IMG/VR virus record: IMGVR_UViG_3300046049_000005
Coordinates: 1 to 64,000 of that record
Reading direction: 5' to 3' (one strand)
DNA length: 64,000 nucleotides
Source of the DNA: a virus
Part shown: piece by piece, positions 24,515-33,812 of the stretch
Numbering within the stretch: the first letter of the stretch is position 1
How the letters are laid out: every line of letters starts with the position of its first letter
Notes under the pieces: model-generated
What the model was told of the DNA's origin: nothing
Seen by the model: only the letters and a program-made list of their open reading frames with translations
The model's database searches: none
Program-made: the position numbers and the translations under genes

Positions 24515-24588
24515 GCCGAGGTAGCTCAAATGGTAGCAGCGACTGTCTGTTACACAGTAGGTTCGAGGTTCGAGTCCTCGCCTCGGCG
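24515..24588 (+). tRNA. tRNA-Asn (anticodon GTT)
   Basis: Manual fold. Acceptor GCCGAGG/CCTCGGC. D arm GCT-/-AGC with one mismatch. Anticodon stem ACTGT/ACAGT with loop CTGTTAC. 5-nt variable loop. T arm CGAGG-TTCGAGT-CCTCG. Discriminator G. 74 nt. Confidence 0.85.
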
Positions 24589-24743
24589 CTTACCGAGAAC
24601 ACGACTCAGAGACGTGAATCTCCTTAACGGGAGAGATACAATGTGGCCTGCAACGGTCGCTCTCGGCTTCCACGGTTCGGCGTCACAACCGACCGTGGCC
24701 TTTCGGTCAGGAAGTTCGGTACTATGCTGTCTCAAATTTAGAA

Positions 24744-25130
24744 ATGGGAACTAATCGTAACGGCGAAATAGCAGAACAAATAGTAGCATCAACTCTCCTT
24801 AAACTTGGCTTCAATGCCTCGGAACCAGTTCTTGAGGACCGCTACGACCTAATAGCCGACATTGGGGGCGACCTCGTGAAGGTTCAGGTAAAGAAGGGGT
24901 ACAAGGACGGGTCAAGAGAAAACACGTTTAGAGCAAATCTTGAGAACCAAATTCAATCCGAAGATGGATTTACTAAGTATTCCGACGAAAATGTTGATGC
25001 TTTTGCTCTATACGACAGCTCGTGCGAATCAGTTTACTGGTTGTGGAAAGACGAAGCTCCAGAAACGGAATTGCGGAGAAAGTATAGTAAGATGAAAAAG
25101 TTCCAAGCGAAGAAACGGCTGACAAGTTAG
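24744..25130 (+). CDS. PD-(D/E)xK-fold nuclease-like protein
   Basis: GEIAEQIVASTLLKLGF ... RYDLIAD ... LVKVQVKKG fits the E ... D ... (E/Q)-x-K pattern of small phage and group I intron-associated endonucleases. Low GC. Sits between two tRNA genes. Confidence 0.55.
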   Translation: MGTNRNGEIAEQIVASTLLKLGFNASEPVLEDRYDLIADIGGDLVKVQVKKGYKDGSRENTFRANLENQIQSEDGFTKYSDENVDAFALYDSSCESVYWLWKDEAPETELRRKYSKMKKFQAKKRLTS

Positions 25131-25204
25131 TCTCGTAGCAAAGCGGCCAAAAGCGCCGGGCTTTGAACCCGGAGATACCGTGAGTTCGAATCTCACCGGG
25201 ACTA
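25129..25204 (+). tRNA. tRNA-Gln-like (anticodon TTG), atypical
   Basis: Acceptor AGTCTCG/CGGGACT. Anticodon stem CCGGG/CCCGG with loop CTTTGAA. T arm GTGAG-TTCGAAT-CTCAC. Discriminator A. The D stem has only ~2 bp and the variable loop is 7 nt. Its 5' end overlaps the TAG stop of 24744..25130. Confidence 0.6.
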
Positions 25205-25274
25205 TTGGCCGCGCAAGTTGGCGTTGAGCGCGGAGCCTCGCCCAAATGACGCCACCTCCGTTTATGTTCGACCA

Positions 25275-25442
25275 ATGAAAGGAATCAGAGCCTTCTGGCG
25301 TTGGTTGTGCTACGGGTCCGAAGACCAGTCAGGCGACTCTGACACCGATAAGGTCGATGGACCCACATCCGACGCAGAAACAGAAATCAAAATAGAAACC
25401 ATGACAATCACAGTCGGACGCTCAGACCAAGACGATGCCTGA
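25275..25442 (+). CDS. small hypothetical protein
   Basis: ATG at 25275 (MKGIRAFWRWLCYGSEDQSGDSDTDKVDG...). The longer ORF-track start would begin only 14 nt after the tRNA. Confidence 0.4.
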   Translation: MKGIRAFWRWLCYGSEDQSGDSDTDKVDGPTSDAETEIKIETMTITVGRSDQDDA

Positions 25443-25498
25443 TTGCATCTGTGAGCCGTGCGGCGACTTCTGTCAGTGTAGCTGCCACGACAGAGAGA

Positions 25499-25789
25499 AT
25501 GAACAGTTCACAATTACAGTCAAAAACAAAAGCTACAATGGAAGATAAACGAACTCTGTTCATCAGCTTCGACCGCTCGGAGTGGGATAGTGAAGACATA
25601 CAACACACGCTCGAAGTGCTTGACAGCGCCACTCCAAATGCTGTCAGCATCGTTGCGGTGCCGGACGATATTGAGTACCTGGATGAAAATGAAGTCAGAG
25701 AATTGGCAAATGAATTGCTGGAGGCGCTTACTGTCACTCCACCCCGCCTTATCGAGGAAGACCCTCAGGGGTCGAAAAGCGAAACGTGA
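25499..25789 (+). CDS. hypothetical acidic protein
   Basis: ATG at 25499 (or 25538). Acidic C-terminal two-thirds. Confidence 0.5.
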   Translation: MNSSQLQSKTKATMEDKRTLFISFDRSEWDSEDIQHTLEVLDSATPNAVSIVAVPDDIEYLDENEVRELANELLEALTVTPPRLIEEDPQGSKSET

Positions 25790-25872
25790 CCTTCGATTCT
25801 GGATTTCGGCGTCTTCCAGTAGTAATACGCCTTCCACGACTACCCGCCGAACGTGTTTCGGTGGTAGCTTCG

Positions 25873-25918
25873 CCAGAAGGGTAATCAGGCCCTTTCGGGG
25901 TTCGACTCCCCACTCTGG
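25873..25918 (+). ncRNA. D-armless tRNA-like element
   Basis: CCAGA-AGGG-taatcagg-CCCT-ttc-GGGG-TTCGACT-CCCC-ac-TCTGG: closing stem, anticodon-arm-like hairpin and T-arm-like hairpin. Followed by hairpins at 25922-25938 and 25946-25964. Confidence 0.45.
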
Positions 25919-26006
25919 TCTTGAGGCATCCTGCCTCAGTTCTTTGGGTGCAGGGTTGGCACCCGAAGTGACGCGGTGCGGTTGACCGACCCATCACAAC
26001 CTTACA

Positions 26007-27143
26007 ATGTCACGCTACAATGGCGGTAACGGCGGTAGCAACGATAGTAACAACAACGACGACTACGACCAGACCACGCTGAAGCTTCAGGAGTACGCGG
26101 CGCTCCGCGTCGAGCCTGACAACATCAACGTCTCGTCGCACGAGCAGTACGGGGCGAGCTTCATCGCTAACTTCGGGGGCGCCGAGGTGCTGGACGGCAT
26201 CGTCTTCCAGCGCGACGACAAGCCCGACACCTGGAAGGTGTTCTCGGCGGGCAAGTTCTTCAACCTCAACCCCGAGGACGGGCTGGTCTACGAGAACTTC
26301 GATGAGGATGAGGGGTACAGCGGCGAGATGTCGGCGCAGGACGTTCTGGACCACCCCCGCGTTGCCGGGTTCTCCGAGACGTTCGGCGGGCGGGATTACT
26401 TCTACACTCCTGTCGGCGCCGTTATCGAGGAGGCCGGCGATGTTGCGACCAACGATAGTGTGGAGGTGTCCACGACGAGTGAGCCTGCCATAGAGGTGGG
26501 CGGGGCCGCGATGCTCCTTGGCAACAAGACGTGGGTTCGGACGTTCGCCAAGAAGATGGCCGTCTCCGGTAACGAGGTCATCAACGACAACGGCGACGAC
26601 CCCACTCCGCGTGGCGAACCCCACACGAACCCCAAGTACGATGATAGTGAGTGGCTGGCGACCAACGACGTGCAGCTTCGTCCGGAGTTAGAGGGACGAA
26701 CCCTCGAACTGTGGATTACCGAGGAAGAGATGAACGTCGAGAACGGCACGGTGTCGTACCGGACGCCGAACCTGATGGATGCCAAGACCAGCAACTTCGT
26801 CACCATCGATAACGGCATCCAGAGCGACGACGACTCCGAGGCCAACAGCGATAAGGCGACCGCCACCGATGGCGGCACCGCTACGGAGTCTGGCGACTCG
26901 TCCGCTACGGAGTCTACGAAGGAACCGCAGACGACGCAGGAGCCGGCAGAGCCGACCGATACTGACTCCGCTGGCCTTCCCGAGGATGTCCCCGAGGTTC
27001 TGGACGACCTTATCGACTACATGGCTCGCAACGGCGAGACTGACGCCGACGAGATTCGGGAGTTCGCCGCCGACGAGGTGGACAATCCTGACGAGATTGA
27101 CTGGGAGGCCGCTGCCGAAGAGGCGAACCGTCGCTCGGACTAA
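26007..27143 (+). CDS. hypothetical protein with an acidic low-complexity C-terminus
   Basis: 378-aa ORF with high GC. First gene of the replication-gene block. No motif recognised. Confidence 0.7.
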   Translation: MSRYNGGNGGSNDSNNNDDYDQTTLKLQEYAALRVEPDNINVSSHEQYGASFIANFGGAEVLDGIVFQRDDKPDTWKVFSAGKFFNLNPEDGLVYENFDEDEGYSGEMSAQDVLDHPRVAGFSETFGGRDYFYTPVGAVIEEAGDVATNDSVEVSTTSEPAIEVGGAAMLLGNKTWVRTFAKKMAVSGNEVINDNGDDPTPRGEPHTNPKYDDSEWLATNDVQLRPELEGRTLELWITEEEMNVENGTVSYRTPNLMDAKTSNFVTIDNGIQSDDDSEANSDKATATDGGTATESGDSSATESTKEPQTTQEPAEPTDTDSAGLPEDVPEVLDDLIDYMARNGETDADEIREFAADEVDNPDEIDWEAAAEEANRRSD

Positions 27144-27146
27144 CAC

Positions 27147-27320
27147 ATGAGCAGTAGGAACTTACTGAAAGGTGGCCTGACCGCTGCCTTCGGAGGCGTG
27201 GCCCTGCTGGTAATACTGATTGAAATCGCGCTCTACGTGGCGCTGGCAATCGTCCTCTTTGGGGGCGCGTACTACATTCTCCAGCACTTCGGTGTGCTGA
27301 TGCTTGGGATGGTAGCATGA
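27147..27320 (+). CDS. small membrane protein (57 aa, two predicted TM helices)
   Basis: MSSRNLLKGGLTAAFGGVALLVILIEIALYVALAIVLFGGAYYILQHFGVLMLGMVA. Overlaps the next ATG. Confidence 0.5.
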   Translation: MSSRNLLKGGLTAAFGGVALLVILIEIALYVALAIVLFGGAYYILQHFGVLMLGMVA

Positions 27321-27553
27321 CCGACCGCTCCGAGTCTGTCGTTCAGGTCGAAGTTTCGGCTTCACGTAAAATTCAACTCAGTCAATACGAACCCATCGAG
27401 GCGTTCGTAAAAGAAGTCCATAGCGTTCCCGAAGACGTGGAGTACGAACCGTGGCTGGTCGAACGGCAGGACGATGTGATGGAAGCCGCTGAACGCGCGG
27501 CGATGCGTAAGCATGAGGAACATCTTCGTGAAGAAGACTTCAGCGACGAGTAG
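27317..27553 (+). CDS. hypothetical acidic protein
   Basis: 78-aa ORF. Confidence 0.6.
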   Translation: MTDRSESVVQVEVSASRKIQLSQYEPIEAFVKEVHSVPEDVEYEPWLVERQDDVMEAAERAAMRKHEEHLREEDFSDE

Positions 27554-27662
27554 CGCGTTACGGTAACGAAGTGACCACGGCCCTCACGGGCCGTCTTTGG
27601 GGGTATCTCCGGAAGAGATGTTCCCGACGTTAGCCCGTGAGGGTACTCCTTAGACACAACCA

Positions 27663-29099
27663 ATGAACATCGAAGAGATTGACAATCCAAGCCTGTACGA
27701 GGTATCGCTTTTGAGAGAAGATTGGGGACTGGTTGGCGAAGCTGACTCACATCTTGTTGTATTCTTGAGTTTTCTCGGTGGCGGGTTCGTCGTCATGACT
27801 GGCCTTTCATCGGGTGGCAAAGATGCCGTCGTCAATGCCGCCGAGTTCTGCGTTCCCGATAACTGGGTCTACCAGATTCCCACCTCAATGAGCGAGACGG
27901 CGCTCTATGAGGATGCTCGGGAAATTAACTCTTGCCCCGTCCACCGTCACAAGGACATCAGCAATATTCAGGGAAAAGACTGGTTGGAAGACATCTGGAA
28001 GCGGCACGGTGACGGCAACCCCATCAGCCACACCTACAACGATGTGACCGGCGGTGAGCGGCAGACAGTGACGCAAACGCTGATGCCGCCGAACTGTATG
28101 ATTTTGTTCCTTGCTTCGGACAACGAACAGGTGGACATCAATGACTATGCCGAGATTCGAAATCGCGCCCTCGTCCTCGGCATCGATGATTCCGCCGACC
28201 TTACCGAGAAGGTCAATACGCGGCAGGCAAAGCAAGAGGCCGGGATTATCGAGTATAACATCGAGGAAGAACGCGCTGAGGAGATTCGAGAGTACGTCTC
28301 GACCATCCCCATGCACGCCTACGGTGACGGCGACCCCGGTGGTTTCCTGAACCCTGTAATGCCTGCGCTGGACGAACAGAATCCGCTGCCGCAGCACTTC
28401 ACCGAAGCTCGCCGCGACTTCCCGCGCCTTTCGGACTTCATGAAGTCGGTGACGCTGTTCCACTACGATGACCGCATCGAAGTGCCGCAGAAGATGTGGA
28501 ATGGCGAGAACCGCATCGATAACGACGTGACGCTCCTCGTCACCCCCGCCGACGCTTGGCTTGGGATGCGCGTGTTCGGTGAGAAGATGGTGCTGTCGGC
28601 GCTGAACCTTCAGGATAAGGACTTCCATCTGCTCGACCTGCTCCGTAGCAACTACGGTCAGCAGTTCGACGTGGGAACGCTCCAGAGTAAGATGCGTCAG
28701 CGCGGCTGGAACATCACCAACAGCGACGTTCGCTCGGCGCTGAAGAACATGAAGACGAAGGGCTACGTCCGGCCCGACAAGAGCGTCACGCCCCACGAGT
28801 GGTCGGCCTCGGAGTTTGCAAAACAGGTGAGCCGTGGCGTCAATCTCGACTGGCCCACCGTTATCGAGGATACCCGTGAGGTAGTGCATGAACATTACCC
28901 GAAGCCGGTTGCAATGGATTATGAACAACAATTCCTCGAAGGTGATGGGCTGCTCGTCACCCATCCGTTCGAGGGTCACACCGTAAATCTGTCAGAAGAA
29001 GAAGCAAACGAACTCGAAGAAACGGTCGAACAGCAAGAAGAAAAAGAAGAAGCGGCGTTCTCCAGCGGATTAGAAGACAGTCAAGGTACATTGACTTAA
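27663..29099 (+). CDS. P-loop NTPase, putative replication protein
   Basis: Walker A-like TGLSSGGKD. Walker B-like CMILFLASDNE. C-terminal winged-helix-like segment (DVRSALKNMKTKGYVRPD). Lies upstream of the primase-polymerase. The function is positional inference. Confidence 0.55.
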   Translation: MNIEEIDNPSLYEVSLLREDWGLVGEADSHLVVFLSFLGGGFVVMTGLSSGGKDAVVNAAEFCVPDNWVYQIPTSMSETALYEDAREINSCPVHRHKDISNIQGKDWLEDIWKRHGDGNPISHTYNDVTGGERQTVTQTLMPPNCMILFLASDNEQVDINDYAEIRNRALVLGIDDSADLTEKVNTRQAKQEAGIIEYNIEEERAEEIREYVSTIPMHAYGDGDPGGFLNPVMPALDEQNPLPQHFTEARRDFPRLSDFMKSVTLFHYDDRIEVPQKMWNGENRIDNDVTLLVTPADAWLGMRVFGEKMVLSALNLQDKDFHLLDLLRSNYGQQFDVGTLQSKMRQRGWNITNSDVRSALKNMKTKGYVRPDKSVTPHEWSASEFAKQVSRGVNLDWPTVIEDTREVVHEHYPKPVAMDYEQQFLEGDGLLVTHPFEGHTVNLSEEEANELEETVEQQEEKEEAAFSSGLEDSQGTLT

Positions 29100-29105
29100 G
29101 TATTA

Positions 29106-29996
29106 ATGGCAAGCGACATAGCAAAATACGTATTTGGACTACTCGCACGGCTCTTTGGCTTTAGTCAGGAGCCTGAACCACAGAACGACAGTACCGATAA
29201 GGGCAAAAAGGAATCTGAGGAAGAGACAGAGGAACAGCCCGACTCCGAACCTGAGCCTACTCCTGAAGACGAAGGCCACGACCACAACCACGATAAGGAG
29301 TCCGAAGAGAAATCGTCTGAACCTCAGGACGAGAGCGGCGAAGAAGAGTCAGAAGATGAAGATATGGACTTCGAGGTTACTTGGCCGCCGACGAAGCGGG
29401 TCGAGGCCCCCCATCAAGGTGAGGGAGAAGAGACAATCGAAATTAGTCTCTACCATCGTGAAGGAGACGAGCTTGGTCTTCAGGCCTGCCGTCAGTCTGC
29501 TCCCTACGTGAATTACGTCTTCGAAGAGGCGTGGGGAGACAAATACACGGTTGATGTGACCGTCGTAGAGGAACCAGTTCCCGCAGAAATCCAGAATATG
29601 TCAGACTGGAATGACTACTTCTGGAATGGAGTTCCACCTTCGACTCGTTCCAAGGACGCCAACTGCCTCGTTATCGATGACGAGGGAGTCGCGGGAGCTG
29701 GTGGTGGCTTCACTGCTATCATCAACGGACCGAGCTACTTCGAAGGGTTCGACTACGACCCCGACGAGAAGCCGTTCCTCTTTGGGCAGGGCAAAAACCA
29801 CCAAGGAATTAACCGAGTCGTTCACGAAATCGGCCATTGCCTCGGCCTGGGCCACGACGGCGATAAGGTGGAGAAGTATGGCCAGTGGTACATCCCCGTG
29901 ATGCGAACCAGTTACGAAAAAGGGAGCCACTTCCTGCACGAACTTCACAAGGTCAATCGGAGCCAGGAGCCGCAAGTCGAGAGTACGGACATTTAG
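29106..29996 (+). CDS. metzincin-type zinc metalloprotease
   Basis: HEIGHCLGLGHD (HExxHxxGxxH/D) followed by a candidate Met-turn (YIPVMRT). Hydrophobic N-terminus followed by an acidic linker. Confidence 0.7.
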   Translation: MASDIAKYVFGLLARLFGFSQEPEPQNDSTDKGKKESEEETEEQPDSEPEPTPEDEGHDHNHDKESEEKSSEPQDESGEEESEDEDMDFEVTWPPTKRVEAPHQGEGEETIEISLYHREGDELGLQACRQSAPYVNYVFEEAWGDKYTVDVTVVEEPVPAEIQNMSDWNDYFWNGVPPSTRSKDANCLVIDDEGVAGAGGGFTAIINGPSYFEGFDYDPDEKPFLFGQGKNHQGINRVVHEIGHCLGLGHDGDKVEKYGQWYIPVMRTSYEKGSHFLHELHKVNRSQEPQVESTDI

Positions 29997-30002
29997 GGTC
30001 CG

Positions 30003-30203
30003 ATGACCCTCCAAGACTTCTTTCTCCTCATTTCGTTCGTACTCATGATGGCTGGGTTCTCCGTCCTGTCGTGGCGATTTCTTTCTATTTCGTATCGCTA
30101 CGGGGGATGGCTCGGCGTCGGTCTTTGCCTTATCGGTCTGTCCGTTCTGCTGGCTTCTCTGGCGACAGAACCGAACCGGAGGTATCCAGAGTACGAACCG
30201 TGA
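30003..30203 (+). CDS. small membrane protein
   Basis: 66 aa with two hydrophobic helices (FFLLISFVLMMAGFSVL; WLGVGLCLIGLSVLLASL). Confidence 0.55.
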   Translation: MTLQDFFLLISFVLMMAGFSVLSWRFLSISYRYGGWLGVGLCLIGLSVLLASLATEPNRRYPEYEP

Positions 30204-31408
30204 GACAAGATAAAGCACTATGGAAAGCAAGTAGCGTCTTCGCTCCGAGCTATCCACGTCAGGTATCTACTCCAGATTCGATTCAGGTCCGTTGCGATAG
30301 ACGGCAACAGTTCTGTGAGTTTCTGGAGGATGCCGGTCGTGCGGGGATGCCGGGCTACTATTCGGTGTATTCGTTCCCGCGAGGCCACAGCCGGGACGGA
30401 AACATTCCGAAGGTAGACTGCATCTTCATCGACCTCGACGTGGAGGGCGGCGACTACGACCCCAACGACGGCGATACGTCGTTTGAGGCGTGGAAGCGAG
30501 ACATTAGCGCACTTCTCGCGCGTGCAAGGATGATTGCGAGAGCCATTATCGAGGCGGGAGAAGAGCGCCACTTCAGAGCCGTTCTGTCCGGTCATAAGGG
30601 ACTCCACATCTACCTGGACTTCCCGACGTTGGCCGCCAACAACGGTGACTTTCAGCAGTTCAAGAACGGACTCAAAGAGTACGGTGAACAGGTAATGTCG
30701 TGGCTCAATTCCACGGCTGGCGGGGTCAACATCGATAAGTGGGTGGATGTTGACGCCTCAGACCTCGGGCGATTGGCCCGGCATCCCAATACCATCCACC
30801 ACGGCGCGGAGTACGACGACGAGACTCGGTGGTGTGTTCCGGTAACGATGAACGAGTTGGCCGACCTTCGCGTTGAAGACTATCTAAGCCTGACGAGAGC
30901 GCCGCGCTGGCCGTCCGGGTACGAACGTGTTCCATCACACTCGGCAGGCGACAAAGTGGCTCAGTACATCCGTAACGCCACTCAGGGGGCTACCAGAAGT
31001 GTCTCCGAGAGTTCTTCAACGTTCGATTCGGCAGCGGTTAAAGAGTACGACCGTAAAGCAAATGACGACATCGAGCTTGAAGACCTCGCGTTCCTCACCG
31101 CGAACCGACCGTGCATCGAGGCATTTGGTGAGCGCGACGATGCGTTCGACCACGGCAACGCCTCGCACGTGATGGAGCTATCCATCATCAGTCGCTTCGT
31201 GGAGATGGGCGTCCCGCGAGAGGTGATACATCAATTCTTTAAACAAATTCCAGGCTACCGAGAAGAATACACGGACGAACAGATTAACAACATCGTCGGA
31301 CGCAGATACAGAGAGTTCAACTGTGCGAACATAGCAGACGAGGCCCCGCAGTTTTGCCTTGGAAGCTCCTGCTCTGTGTACCGACGTAACGACGACATCC
31401 AGAAATAG
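30200..31408 (+). CDS. archaeo-eukaryotic primase-like primase-polymerase
   Basis: CIFIDLDVEG (DxD), SGHKGLHIYLDF (sGxGhH) and the downstream RHPNTIHH pattern. The start is set at the GTG overlapping the previous stop; the ORF-track start at 29885 would overlap two other genes. Confidence 0.7.
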   Translation: MRQDKALWKASSVFAPSYPRQVSTPDSIQVRCDRRQQFCEFLEDAGRAGMPGYYSVYSFPRGHSRDGNIPKVDCIFIDLDVEGGDYDPNDGDTSFEAWKRDISALLARARMIARAIIEAGEERHFRAVLSGHKGLHIYLDFPTLAANNGDFQQFKNGLKEYGEQVMSWLNSTAGGVNIDKWVDVDASDLGRLARHPNTIHHGAEYDDETRWCVPVTMNELADLRVEDYLSLTRAPRWPSGYERVPSHSAGDKVAQYIRNATQGATRSVSESSSTFDSAAVKEYDRKANDDIELEDLAFLTANRPCIEAFGERDDAFDHGNASHVMELSIISRFVEMGVPREVIHQFFKQIPGYREEYTDEQINNIVGRRYREFNCANIADEAPQFCLGSSCSVYRRNDDIQK

Positions 31409-31442
31409 CGTCTATCCCCAGCGGCGGGGACCAAACTTTACC

Positions 31443-32753
31443 TTGAAAACGCAAACCAACATCAGCTCACAGAAGCGACAGCAAGTGTTCACCCTCGTTC
31501 TGAACGGCGGTGCCACTTACGAACAGATAGCCGAAAGCCTCGACATCCATCGCTCGACGGCCCGCGACCACATCAATAACCTCCAGAAGGAAGATGGGGT
31601 CCCGCTCGGGGTTCGGAAAGACGGCGAAGAAAAGGAGTTCTACTACAAGCCCCAAGCGAAGGAGCATCCCGTCAATCCGAACTACCCGACCCACGAGCTA
31701 CGGTCGAAGGCTTCGGTCACGAAGGACGCGAAGGAGAAGGTCCACGAGCTAATCCAGTATCTCGACCGGGACCTGAATGGCCGCGCTCCAGCCGACACCA
31801 CCTTATCGGTGAGGGAGTCGCACGAAGACATGGTGTGCCACCGTTCCGACGACCACATCGGGGCGGCATACCACGACGAGTTCGGCAACGAAACCTTCAG
31901 CGCCGAAATCGGTATCGACCGTGTTCGGACCGTCTCAGATAGGGTGTTCGAACTAAAACGTAGGCAGGAAAAGGCCGGGGTCGAGTTCGATACGCTCCAT
32001 ATCCTGATGGGTGGCGACCACCTACATGGTATAGGGGTTCACCCCACCCAACCCTGGGAAACGCAACTCTCGATGCCCGAACAGCTTACCATTGGTTCGG
32101 ACATCTACATGGAGTTCATCGACCGTGCCGCCAAGGAGTTCGAGACGGTCCAAGTGGTGTGTCAGAACGGGAACCACGGTGAACTTCGTGGGGACGGAAT
32201 GGGGCCTGACGATAACATCGACACCGCGTTCTTCATGACTCTTGACCGCCGAGTTCGTGACCGCGGCTACGATAACGTCAGGTTCGTTCGGTCGGCATCG
32301 GGGAACTATACGAACTTCAGGATGCGCGTCGATAAGGAGGAAGAACAACAGGCCGCAGACAGCCTCAGTGTGAAGCTCCACGAACTTCCGCCCGACCTCC
32401 AGACGGGACATCGAGGACATCTGCGTCACGGCCAGAACAGCCTCGAACACATCGGTACTTCTGCCGGAAAGAAGCGTTGGTATGCGTGGAAGGACCAACA
32501 CGAGTTCGACATCGCTTATCGGGGTCACTATCACACGTTCCAGTTGGATAGCATCGCCTCGAACCCCGTCCTTGAGTCCGGCGCCATCGTTCCGCCCTCT
32601 GACTATGAGGAATCGCTGGCCGAGTGGGACGAACCCGCCGCTTCGGTGCATGGCTGCTCAGATGACCAGCCTTTGAGTTGGCTTTATCCAATAAATTTCA
32701 CTTCCCCAGTTACCGAAGAAGAAAAAGAAAAGGCGGTTAATCTGGCTCTATAA
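31443..32753 (+). CDS. HTH domain fused to a calcineurin-like metallophosphoesterase
   Basis: N-terminal YEQIAESLDIHRSTARDHINNL (HTH). Phosphoesterase motifs SDDHIG, GGDHLHG, NGNHGE, GHYH. There is no in-frame ATG near the 5' end; the start is a TTG at 31443 or a GTG at 31485 (uncertain). Confidence 0.65.
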   Translation: MKTQTNISSQKRQQVFTLVLNGGATYEQIAESLDIHRSTARDHINNLQKEDGVPLGVRKDGEEKEFYYKPQAKEHPVNPNYPTHELRSKASVTKDAKEKVHELIQYLDRDLNGRAPADTTLSVRESHEDMVCHRSDDHIGAAYHDEFGNETFSAEIGIDRVRTVSDRVFELKRRQEKAGVEFDTLHILMGGDHLHGIGVHPTQPWETQLSMPEQLTIGSDIYMEFIDRAAKEFETVQVVCQNGNHGELRGDGMGPDDNIDTAFFMTLDRRVRDRGYDNVRFVRSASGNYTNFRMRVDKEEEQQAADSLSVKLHELPPDLQTGHRGHLRHGQNSLEHIGTSAGKKRWYAWKDQHEFDIAYRGHYHTFQLDSIASNPVLESGAIVPPSDYEESLAEWDEPAASVHGCSDDQPLSWLYPINFTSPVTEEEKEKAVNLAL

Positions 32754-32754
32754 T

Positions 32755-33393
32755 ATGTCTTATTCTTGTCCCGATTGTGATAGAGAACTACCAACAGAGC
32801 GGGGAAGAGACTCACACCGCTCTCAGGTCCATGACTGGACTCGGATGGTAGAAGTTACTTGCGAGTGGTGTGGTGATAAATTCGAACGGAAACGCTCTAT
32901 TGAAGAAAATTCAGACCAAACCTTTTGTTCTCAGGAGTGTCACGGAAAGTTCATATCTGAACATAAGAGCGGTGAGAACTCCCCTGCATGGGAAGGAGGA
33001 CCATCAAACTTTGAGTGCGAAGTTTGTGGTTCTACGTTCGAAAAATATGAGTCAAATACAAGCAAAAGTATCTACTGTTCTCGGGACTGCCAAGTAGAGG
33101 CCAGAGACTTCCCTACTGGAGAAGACCATCCAAGCTGGAACCCTGACCGTGAGTGGTGGCCTTACTACGGACCAAACTGGTCTGAACAGCGAGAGAAAGC
33201 CCGAGAGCGCGATGGCCGTTGTCAGGTGTGTGGAATCCCATCCTGGGCTTATCGCTGTCTACATGGACAGGCTCTCGATGTTCACCACGTCACCCCGTTC
33301 GAAGAGTACGATGACCATGAAGAAGCAAACAAACTCTCGAACCTGATGCCGCTTTGCGCTTCGTGTCATAATACGGTTGAAAGGGGATTTTAG
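32755..33393 (+). CDS. HNH endonuclease with N-terminal zinc ribbons
   Basis: CQVCG...HHVTP...NLMPLCASCHN (HNH core). Upstream CPDCD...H...H, CEWCG...CSQEC and CEVCG...CSRDC repeats. AT-richer than neighbours. Confidence 0.8.
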   Translation: MSYSCPDCDRELPTERGRDSHRSQVHDWTRMVEVTCEWCGDKFERKRSIEENSDQTFCSQECHGKFISEHKSGENSPAWEGGPSNFECEVCGSTFEKYESNTSKSIYCSRDCQVEARDFPTGEDHPSWNPDREWWPYYGPNWSEQREKARERDGRCQVCGIPSWAYRCLHGQALDVHHVTPFEEYDDHEEANKLSNLMPLCASCHNTVERGF

Positions 33394-33473
33394 AATGAAC
33401 ACTCAAAGACCTAAAGTCGTTAGAGTTAAGTCCCTATGGGTATTCCATACAGACAGACGTTAATAATTGGGTA

Positions 33474-33803
33474 ATGACGGAGAACACAACGCGCGTCGGG
33501 AAATACGTTGAGTATCTTCATGTGACCGACGACCCCCACGAAAAATATTGTACGTCGCACCCAACCACGGGAGAAGAACTATCGCCCGGAATCCCAATCC
33601 TTAAGACGGTTCCTGGCGGGAGTATAGTCAAGAAGTCTGTAACGTACAAACGAGTGAAATGTCCGGAGTGCGGCATTGAAGCAAAGTACGATGCCGACTC
33701 TGAGCCTACGTGTCCGGCGTGTGGGATAATCTGTGGCGGTACAGGACATCCCACCGACGACGAAATAGTAAGAGACGCGAAAGCCGCAGGGCGGGTCGAG
33801 TAA
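33474..33803 (+). CDS. zinc-ribbon protein
   Basis: CPECG...CPACG. 109 aa. Confidence 0.6.
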   Translation: MTENTTRVGKYVEYLHVTDDPHEKYCTSHPTTGEELSPGIPILKTVPGGSIVKKSVTYKRVKCPECGIEAKYDADSEPTCPACGIICGGTGHPTDDEIVRDAKAAGRVE

Positions 33804-33812
33804 GAATAACAA

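Noticed and set aside
29885-30199. The ORF-track start at 29885 for the primase-polymerase (507 aa)
   Set aside because: That N-terminal extension is basic and overlaps both the metalloprotease 3' end and the whole membrane-protein gene 30003..30203. A GTG at 30200 overlapping the upstream stop fits the coupling pattern used throughout.
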